NCBI GenBank assembly: GCA_017503015.1
Contig: JAFVTX010000031.1
Span: 14,022-78,021, forward strand
Direction of reading: 5' to 3'
DNA length: 64,000 bases
From: Fibrobacter sp.
Lineage (GTDB): Bacteria; Fibrobacterota; Fibrobacteria; Fibrobacterales; Fibrobacteraceae
How positions within the stretch are numbered: position 1 is the first letter of the stretch; each line of letters starts with the position of its first letter. The notes beneath the pieces are model-generated. The model did not search any database. It worked only from the letters and a program-made list of their open reading frames with translations, and was not told the DNA's origin. Shown here one piece after another: positions 57,514 through 64,000 of the stretch. The position numbers and the translations under genes were made by a program.

Positions 57514-60165
57514 CTAGCCTCCAAACTTTTCGTTGTAAATCTTGCGAACCTGTTCCAGGCGATCCTGAATTTCCTTGTTCTCGGGTTCCTTCTTGGCCAG
57601 GTCCTGGTAGATTTCCAGAGCCTTGTCGCAGATTCCCTGTTCCAAGTAGATTTCAGCCATGGTACGGGTATTCTGGCTTGCTTCCAGGTCAGCATTGACA
57701 CTGTCCAGAGTAGCCGAAGGATCCTTCACAAGGCCTGCAGAGACTTCGTCATCGGAATCGCCGGACATCAAAAAGTCAACGCCCTTGTTCGAAGGCTTTT
57801 CGACCGGAAGGTCATCATCATCGCTTTCAAAAAGACCCTTGAAGGCCCCCGAAACTTCAGATTCCAAATTGTCGAAATCCGTTTTCGGAGTGGCAGCTTC
57901 GGCCTGAGGCGCGGCAGGCTTTTCTTCAACAGGAACGTCTGCCGCCACATCGTCGCTTTCTCCGAACAAATTATCAAAGGACTTGTCCAGGCCTTCTTCC
58001 AGGGATTCTGTCGAGATGTTCTTTTCTTCGACAGCCGCACCGGTACTTTCTTCTTCGCTACCGAACAGGCTATCGAAGGCACCGCCCATCTCCTTCTCGA
58101 AATCGCTTGCATTCTGAGAGAAAGATTCTGCACTAGTGGCGGGTTCAACGGCAGGCTCTTCGGCAGGTACTTCTGCAACCGGTTCTGCAGCAGGCAGCTC
58201 TTCCGTAGTCGCTGTCTCACCGCCCACGGCAAGGTCTTCTTGCGGCAGGTCGTCGTCGCTTCCGAAAATGGAACTGAAAGCATTGTCTACACTGCTTTCC
58301 ACTTCCTTGGTTTCTTCGGCAGGCATTTCCAATTCTGCAGTCGGTTCCTCGATTGCAGGTTCCGCAGTCTGTTCAACCGGAGATTCCTCTATGTCCGGTT
58401 CTTCGGGCAAGGTTTCGGCTGCAGGCTCAGTTGCATCAATCGAAGGGGCCGAAATTTCGGCAGACTTCTGGAAAAGGCCAGACGACTCTTCGGGCAGGTC
58501 TTCGTCGGCACCGAAGAGAGAATCAAAGGCTCCACCAACACTGTCAGAGGATTCTTCCTTGGCCGGTTCTGTCTCCGCAGACTTTTCGAACAGGGAATCT
58601 CCAGATGCAGGAGCCTCTTCAACAGGCGTTTCTTCAATCGTAGTATCCGCGGATTTCTGGAACGGAGACCAGTCACTTGCGTCTACAGGAGTATCGTCAA
58701 GATTCAAAGAGTCATCGCCTGCAAGCGACAATTCGTCTGCGGCAGGTTCAACCGTTTCAGCCACTGCAGGAGCATCTCCCGTCAGGTTCATCGATTCATC
58801 TGCAGACTTCTGGAATGCCGCAGGTTCTTCGGGCAGTTCATCTTCACCGAAAATATCACCAAAGGCATCGTCGATGCTCTGGGGCTTGTCTGCAGCAGGA
58901 GCTGCAGGAGCCGACTCTGCCACTGGCGGTTCAACTTCGGCAGGAGGTTCCACCTCTGCAGACTTCTGGAACGCAGCCGGTTCTTCGGGCAGTTCGTCTT
59001 CGCCGAAAATATCACCGAAAGCATCATCGATGCTCTGGGGCTTATCTGCTGCAGGAGCTGCGGTCGCAGAAGGTTCTTCGGGCAGTTCGTCTTCGCCAAA
59101 GATGGAGCCGAAAGCGTCGTCCACGCTCTGAGGTTTGTCTTCGGGTGCAGGAGAGCTGAACACCTTATTTGCGTTTTCCGCCGCCGCAGGTTCGTCGTCG
59201 ATACCCGCCGAAAGGTTCAGGTTGGAGAACGGAGAGGCCGGGGCCGCCGGTTCTTCGGGTTCCAGGTCGTCGTCCACGCCAAAGAAGTTGGACATGGCGG
59301 AATTCACGTCGCCGCCAGAAATGTCGTCGTCGGCAGGGAATACCTCCGGAGCCGACGGTTCTTCGGCACTGATGGATTCCATAGCGGAATCCAGAGATGC
59401 CTGCAGGCTATCCATTGCGGCCTCGTCACCGGCATCGGAGTCAGGAATCAAGGCCGACAAAGCAGCAAAGGGATCATCCGCATTGCTAGCTTCCGCGGCC
59501 AGAGATTCAAATGCAGTTGTTTCCGGAGTCGCAGATTCAGGCTCCGGCGTTGCAGTAGCCGCAGCAGGTTCCTCGTTTACAAACTCAAAGCCACTGCCAA
59601 ACTTGGGCCCCTTTTCTTCAGGAACCACAGCCTCTTCGGGGGATTTTTCAAAGAAGGGAGCCTCTTCACCCATAGAGTAGTTCATAGAGGCGTCGGCATT
59701 TGCGGGTTCCAAGCCAGGCATGGTCAGATCCATCTCTCCCAGTTCCGCACCCGCAGCAGCGGCTGTGGCGGCAGCCACAACATCGTACTCGTCTTTCCAG
59801 AACTGGTCCAGCGGATCCATATCGTGGACCTTGCGGTAGCACTGGTTGCGCTCGTTAATCTTCTCCACCTTCTCATAGGCATCGCCCATACGTTTCTGGG
59901 CAGACAGGCAGAAAGGATCCATCTTGAGGACCTTGGCGCACTCTTCTATACAGCCCTCATAGTCACCCTTCTCAAACAAAATCTTGGTACGGACAAGGTG
60001 AGCGGCCAAATCTCCAGGATACAGGGTCAACCCACCGTCAATGCGCTCTAATGAGGTGTCCAGGTCACCCGCTTCTCTCTCAAAATCGGCAAGCCAAGCA
60101 AAGGCCTGGGTATTTACCTTCTTTTTACCGATGGTCTTTCTCAAAGATTCCAGCGTTACCGTCAT
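57514..60165 (-). CDS. TPR protein with ~650-aa highly acidic repeat region and FimV-C-like terminal TPR
   Basis: N-terminal TPRs. Repeated DDAFGxIFGEDELPEEP and FQKSA motifs. C-terminus MAEIYLEQGICDKALEIYQDLAKKEPENKEIQDRLEQV. Ends 4 nt upstream of pilT. Confidence 0.7.
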   Translation of the reverse strand: MTVTLESLRKTIGKKKVNTQAFAWLADFEREAGDLDTSLERIDGGLTLYPGDLAAHLVRTKILFEKGDYEGCIEECAKVLKMDPFCLSAQKRMGDAYEKVEKINERNQCYRKVHDMDPLDQFWKDEYDVVAAATAAAAGAELGEMDLTMPGLEPANADASMNYSMGEEAPFFEKSPEEAVVPEEKGPKFGSGFEFVNEEPAAATATPEPESATPETTAFESLAAEASNADDPFAALSALIPDSDAGDEAAMDSLQASLDSAMESISAEEPSAPEVFPADDDISGGDVNSAMSNFFGVDDDLEPEEPAAPASPFSNLNLSAGIDDEPAAAENANKVFSSPAPEDKPQSVDDAFGSIFGEDELPEEPSATAAPAADKPQSIDDAFGDIFGEDELPEEPAAFQKSAEVEPPAEVEPPVAESAPAAPAADKPQSIDDAFGDIFGEDELPEEPAAFQKSADESMNLTGDAPAVAETVEPAADELSLAGDDSLNLDDTPVDASDWSPFQKSADTTIEETPVEEAPASGDSLFEKSAETEPAKEESSDSVGGAFDSLFGADEDLPEESSGLFQKSAEISAPSIDATEPAAETLPEEPDIEESPVEQTAEPAIEEPTAELEMPAEETKEVESSVDNAFSSIFGSDDDLPQEDLAVGGETATTEELPAAEPVAEVPAEEPAVEPATSAESFSQNASDFEKEMGGAFDSLFGSEEESTGAAVEEKNISTESLEEGLDKSFDNLFGESDDVAADVPVEEKPAAPQAEAATPKTDFDNLESEVSGAFKGLFESDDDDLPVEKPSNKGVDFLMSGDSDDEVSAGLVKDPSATLDSVNADLEASQNTRTMAEIYLEQGICDKALEIYQDLAKKEPENKEIQDRLEQVRKIYNEKFGG
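58795..59140. repeat. Near-identical ~156-nt tandem duplication (plus a partial third copy) within the acidic TPR gene
   Basis: Encodes APAADKPQSIDDAFGDIFGEDELPEEPAAFQKSA twice, with a related KPQSVDDAFGSIFGEDELPEEP copy. Confidence 0.8.
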
Positions 60166-60422
60166 TTTTCCTCCAATGAGAGCAAAATCGCTTCGTCAAC
60201 CAACAGAACAGGGATTCCTTCACGGATGGGGTACACCCGTTTCCCGTCCATTGTGACCAGGGCCTCATCCAAAATTTCGGCCACTTTCTCGCCACCAATG
60301 TTCTTTGTCGTACCGGCAGCAATGGCACTATTCAGCGTCGAAAGAGTACTTTCATCCGCCATTTTGAGTTTACCCCTGGTTTCGGGGCAACATAGAATAT
60401 CTAAAAGGGACTGATCGAACAT
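60162..60422 (-). CDS. Trm112/UPF0434 family small zinc-ribbon-like protein
   Basis: LLDILCCPETRGKL ... YPIREGIPVLLVDEA. 4-nt overlap with the downstream TPR gene. Confidence 0.8.
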   Translation of the reverse strand: MFDQSLLDILCCPETRGKLKMADESTLSTLNSAIAAGTTKNIGGEKVAEILDEALVTMDGKRVYPIREGIPVLLVDEAILLSLEEK

Positions 60423-60499
60423 AACACCTTAAAAATCAACAACTTACACAAGAGTAAAAATAACTCTATTTTGGCAAAAACGAAAAAAAGAAACTGTAT

Positions 60500-62206
60500 T
60501 TATTGCAAATATTTAAGGTTTATTAAGGCAAAATTGCCGTTTTTACCGTTTCCGATGAGCAAATAGACCCTCAGGCCGAGTTTGCCGAGCCAATTGATGT
60601 CAAAATCCTCGCGATAACCCGAGAAATTGGACACCACCAGGAGCTCGCGGCAGCCCGTGCGGTTGCAGATGGATTCCATGTCCGAAAGGGGCCCGAGCAG
60701 GTGCTTGCGGTTCTCTTCGGAAAGCTTTTCGGGTTCGCCACTCACGCAGCCGAGAATCTCAATGCCGGGAATCACGTTGTAGCTATCGAACCAGTTATTG
60801 AGAGAATCTTCGCGACCGCCGAGCAGAATGGAGCGGTGGCGCTTTTTCGCAAAGATACGGTAGAAATAGTTTATCCAGAATGCGACGCGGCGCCAGGCAA
60901 GGAGTGCCAGCGGGATAAAGAGGCTGGAACAGACGGCAAAAAGGGCAAGACCGGGGAAATACGGCAAGCCATCTACGGCATCGCCAATAGACGGTCGCTG
61001 CGTAAGATAAGCAAAAGTCTCATAACCCGCGATTGCCAAGATATTCAGCGGTACTAAATAGCGTAGGAACTTCTCCCCCTTGAGGTTCGATTCCGTATAT
61101 TCCCCGCGAAAAACGAGGAACACCATATTCACTAGGGCGACTATGACGATAAGCCACAAATCCATGAACTGATTGAAATCCCAAATACAGTTAGTCGGAG
61201 CGGAATCTGGTCCACCGCAATCCCCCATACCAACAATACGGCCAACAGAATTCACCTCAAAACTGCAACCACCGACATCGTAGCATTCCATACGCAGGCT
61301 TACAATCGCCCACACGGCGATCATGCCCAAATCCAGGAACATCTTCCAAAACTTGGGAATCAGGCGCGAGAACATGCCCACAAAAGCCGCAAACATGATA
61401 CCAAACGACACGAGAAAATTCGGAACAAAGTAAAGGTCCTTGTGTTTCTTTACAAAGATAAGCATGGCCTTATAAAAATCCACATAGGACCCCCAGCGAC
61501 GAGTACGACAGCTCTGGCCCTTGAAATGCAAGATGTTCGTGACCGGAGTGTAGTAATTGTGGAGTCCCATTTCCTTGGTGCGAAAACAGAGGTCCAGATC
61601 TTCGCCATACATGAAAAAGTCTTCATCAAAGCCATTCAGCTTTTCATAAACATCGCGGCGGATGCAGAAAAACGAGCCGCTTATGGCATCGACCTCGATC
61701 ATCTCATCGGGATCGGCGTATGTCATGTTGTAGCTCGCCAGCGTCTTGCTTTTCGGGAAAAGTGAAGCAAGACCTATCGTCTTAGACACCGCAGAAACAA
61801 TCGTAGGAAAAGACCTACGACAAGCCCACTGAAGAGAACCATCTTCATTCAAGATACGGCAGCCCACTGTTCCCGCTTCAGGGTGCTCCTTCATAAAGTC
61901 CAGCGCCCTGGTAAAGGAATCACGTGACACCACCGTATCGGGATTCACAAAGAACAAATAGGGGTTGGTCGCATGCTTCTCGGCTAAATTACAGCCTTTA
62001 CCAAATCCTAAGTTTTCCTTGGATTCCAACCAAGTGACTTCGGGGAAAAACTCCTTTATTTCAGGAAGCACCGGTTCCTTGGAACCGTTGTCCAGAACAA
62101 TCACCTGGGCATCCACATTCTCACAAGCATTCCGAATGGACTTTAGACAGGCCGGAATAAAGTCGCAGGAATTATAGGCGATAATGATAACAGAGCAAGA
62201 ATACAT
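60500..62206 (-). CDS. Family-2 glycosyltransferase fused to a multi-TM and Rossmann-like C-terminal region
   Basis: SVIIIAYNSCDFIPACL...VLDNGS...GEDLDLCFR GT2 core. C-terminal TM helices, then ILLGGRE...ILGCVSG...ELLVVS. Confidence 0.7.
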   Translation of the reverse strand: MYSCSVIIIAYNSCDFIPACLKSIRNACENVDAQVIVLDNGSKEPVLPEIKEFFPEVTWLESKENLGFGKGCNLAEKHATNPYLFFVNPDTVVSRDSFTRALDFMKEHPEAGTVGCRILNEDGSLQWACRRSFPTIVSAVSKTIGLASLFPKSKTLASYNMTYADPDEMIEVDAISGSFFCIRRDVYEKLNGFDEDFFMYGEDLDLCFRTKEMGLHNYYTPVTNILHFKGQSCRTRRWGSYVDFYKAMLIFVKKHKDLYFVPNFLVSFGIMFAAFVGMFSRLIPKFWKMFLDLGMIAVWAIVSLRMECYDVGGCSFEVNSVGRIVGMGDCGGPDSAPTNCIWDFNQFMDLWLIVIVALVNMVFLVFRGEYTESNLKGEKFLRYLVPLNILAIAGYETFAYLTQRPSIGDAVDGLPYFPGLALFAVCSSLFIPLALLAWRRVAFWINYFYRIFAKKRHRSILLGGREDSLNNWFDSYNVIPGIEILGCVSGEPEKLSEENRKHLLGPLSDMESICNRTGCRELLVVSNFSGYREDFDINWLGKLGLRVYLLIGNGKNGNFALINLKYLQ

Positions 62207-62223
62207 TGCAAATGCGGAATTGC

Positions 62224-62955
62224 TTAAGCCAGCCCAAGGCGAAGTTTAAGAACCAGGAAGAACGCCTCGGAAATGATACCGCCGCTCATCTTGGAGGTCC
62301 CGCGGGTGCGGTCCGTAAACACGATGGGGATTTCCTTAACCCGAAGGCCCTTTTTCCAGATTTTGAAGGTGGTTTCAATCTGAAAGCAATAGCCGTCGCT
62401 CTTCATCTTGTCGAGATTCAGGGCCTGCAGGGCCTCGCGACGAAAGCACTTGAAACCACCGGTAGCATCACTTACCGGAAGCCTAGTCACTAAACGGGTG
62501 TAGACATTAGCACCGTAGCTCAAGATAAGGCGGCGCAAATCCCAGTTCACCACGCTGATACGACGGTCCTGATAGCGGCTACCCAAAACCAGGTCGGCAT
62601 CTTCAGCCATTTCCAAAAAACGGCTCAAGTCCGCAGGGGAATGACTAAAGTCCGCATCCATCTCAACGACGCGCTCGTAATCCCGTTCCAAAGCCCACTT
62701 AAAGCCCGTCACGTATGCCGAGCCAAGGCCCATCTTACCCTTGCGACGAATCAAGTGGATTCTCGGGTTCTTTTCCGATTCAGCCTGTACCAGGTCACCC
62801 GTACCATCGGGACTTCCGTCATCCACCACCAGAATTTCCAGACAGGGATTCTGCTCCAGAATGGCCGGCATAATGAGAAGGATGTTTTCCTTTTCGTTAT
62901 AGGTGGGTATAATGACCAGGCTTTTCGGGTAAGACATAAATTCCTCTACATTCAC
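62224..62955 (-). CDS. Polyprenol-phosphate mannosyltransferase-like GT2 (Dpm1/Ppm1 type)
   Basis: IIPTYNEKENI, VVDDGSPDGTGD, MDADFSHSP, LVLGSRY. Confidence 0.8.
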   Translation of the reverse strand: MNVEEFMSYPKSLVIIPTYNEKENILLIMPAILEQNPCLEILVVDDGSPDGTGDLVQAESEKNPRIHLIRRKGKMGLGSAYVTGFKWALERDYERVVEMDADFSHSPADLSRFLEMAEDADLVLGSRYQDRRISVVNWDLRRLILSYGANVYTRLVTRLPVSDATGGFKCFRREALQALNLDKMKSDGYCFQIETTFKIWKKGLRVKEIPIVFTDRTRGTSKMSGGIISEAFFLVLKLRLGLA

Positions 62956-62970
62956 TTACAATCTACAAAA

Positions 62971-63897
62971 TCATTCCTCACCGAGAGTATCAGCAATGGG
63001 GAAAGTCTGCTTGCGGTGACCGTTTACCATCTCTCCAAGAAGTCCCAAGGAGAAAAACTGCACGCTCATGACCAGGGCAAAACCGCCTGCAAGCAGGAGC
63101 GGACGCACATGGAGCGCCCCCGTCTGGAGCCATTCGTAGCCAAAATAGCCGCAAATGCCCAGGCCCACCAGCATAAACAAGAGGCCGATCAGGCCAAAGA
63201 AATGAAGGGGCTTAGTCGAAAAGCTCCGCATGAACATTAGGGACACCAAATCAAGGAATCCTGACACCAAGCGGGAAATGCCATACTTGGACACCCCATG
63301 AACGCGGGCCCTGTGGGCCACGGGCATTTCGGTAATGCGGAATCCCTGCCATTTGGCCATGACAGGAATAAAGCGATGGTAATCGCCATAAAGTTCGATA
63401 TAGCGCACCACGGAGCGGCGGTAGGCCTTGATTCCGCAGTTAAAGTCGTGAAGGCGCTTGCCGCAGACCATGGAAACGGTCAAGTTGAAAAGCTTGGAAG
63501 GCCAGGTCTTGTGCCAAGGATCCAGACGACGAATTTTCCAGCCGGATACTAGGTCGTAGCCTTCGTCCAAAATCTTGATCATCTTGGGGATTTCTAGAGG
63601 GTCGTCCTGAAGGTCCCCATCCAAAGTGGCCACATAGTTGCCCTTGGCCTTCGAAAAGCCCAAGGCAAGAGCATCGGCCTTGCCGCAGTTGAACTGGAAA
63701 CGGAACCCGCGAATAAAGGGATATTCCTTAGAAAGGCTTTCTACAACATCCCAAGTGTTATCCCTGCTGCCATCATCGATAATGATGACTTCGTAACTAA
63801 AACCCGTAGGCTCTATGGCGGCTACGATTTCCTTGAGCAGTTCCGGAAGGTTTTCGCTTTCTTCCTTGACCGGGATGACCATCGACAAATCCATCAT
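62971..63897 (-). CDS. Polyprenyl-phosphate glycosyltransferase (GtrB/ArnC-like GT2 with two C-terminal TM helices)
   Basis: VIPVKEESENL, IIIDDGSRDNT, LDGDLQDDP. C-terminal hydrophobic helices. Confidence 0.8.
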   Translation of the reverse strand: MMDLSMVIPVKEESENLPELLKEIVAAIEPTGFSYEVIIIDDGSRDNTWDVVESLSKEYPFIRGFRFQFNCGKADALALGFSKAKGNYVATLDGDLQDDPLEIPKMIKILDEGYDLVSGWKIRRLDPWHKTWPSKLFNLTVSMVCGKRLHDFNCGIKAYRRSVVRYIELYGDYHRFIPVMAKWQGFRITEMPVAHRARVHGVSKYGISRLVSGFLDLVSLMFMRSFSTKPLHFFGLIGLLFMLVGLGICGYFGYEWLQTGALHVRPLLLAGGFALVMSVQFFSLGLLGEMVNGHRKQTFPIADTLGEE

Positions 63898-63906
63898 GAC
63901 CTCGAT

Positions 63907-64000
63907 TTACTGAGCCATCGCTACTGTAGGAGTGGAATCAGAAGTTTCAACGGTAGAATCCGTCTCAGGAAGAGGTTCCTCTACCTGCAAAGGTTCATCC
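63907..64000 (-). CDS. 3' end of an unidentified gene running off the window
   Basis: Open frame ...DEPLQVEEPLPETDSTVETSDSTPTVAMAQ* ending at TAA (63907-63909). Too short to assign. Confidence 0.3.
   Translation of the reverse strand, partial: DEPLQVEEPLPETDSTVETSDSTPTVAMAQ

Noticed and set aside
58136-60051. 603-aa and 331-aa ORFs on the plus strand
   Set aside because: They are antisense to the acidic TPR gene. Their low-complexity Ser/Arg/Gly products are generated by the repeat DNA.

Overview
The window looks like a Fibrobacter-type (Fibrobacterota) chromosome segment. The evidence is a fibro-slime/PA14-like giant protein, many PD-(D/E)XK/Rpn putative transposase genes, and a characteristic GTCAT...ATGAC hairpin repeat family. 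No database search was possible.

Layout:
- 0-10 kb: housekeeping and envelope genes (LRR protein, two S41 peptidases, an M23 peptidase, an FKBP isomerase, glmS, scpA).
- 10-21 kb: a surface-protein island with a 1485-aa fibro-slime protein and three paralogous Cys-rich lipoproteins, interspersed with Rpn genes.
- 21-46.5 kb: the main finding. Two paralogous four-gene type IV pilus minor-pilin cassettes (GspH/FimT-like, PilV-like, PilW-like, and a PilX-N-terminal domain fused to a 2400-2600-aa Cys-rich extension) lie head-to-head as a mirror image. Between them is a 3.1-kb core carrying an Rpn nuclease gene and a tyrosine recombinase gene.
- The core is bounded by ~108-bp inverted repeats with 2 mismatches by hand alignment, covering the 5' leaders and first three codons of both cassettes. 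The adjacent coding DNA is saturated with synonymous changes.
- The 3' flanks and terminators of the cassettes are also conserved as an outer inverted repeat. Hairpin-repeat clusters and Rpn genes sit symmetrically outside.
- I interpret this as a candidate recombinase-controlled either/or switch between two pilus-tip adhesin complexes. This is a hypothesis only; one assembly cannot show inversion.
- 46.8-64 kb: a SulP transporter, small genes, a processive GT2 synthase, a compact pseudopilin-secretin cluster, a Trm112-like/acidic TPR protein/PilT operon, and three further GT2 genes.

No rRNA, tRNA or CRISPR array was recognised by eye.
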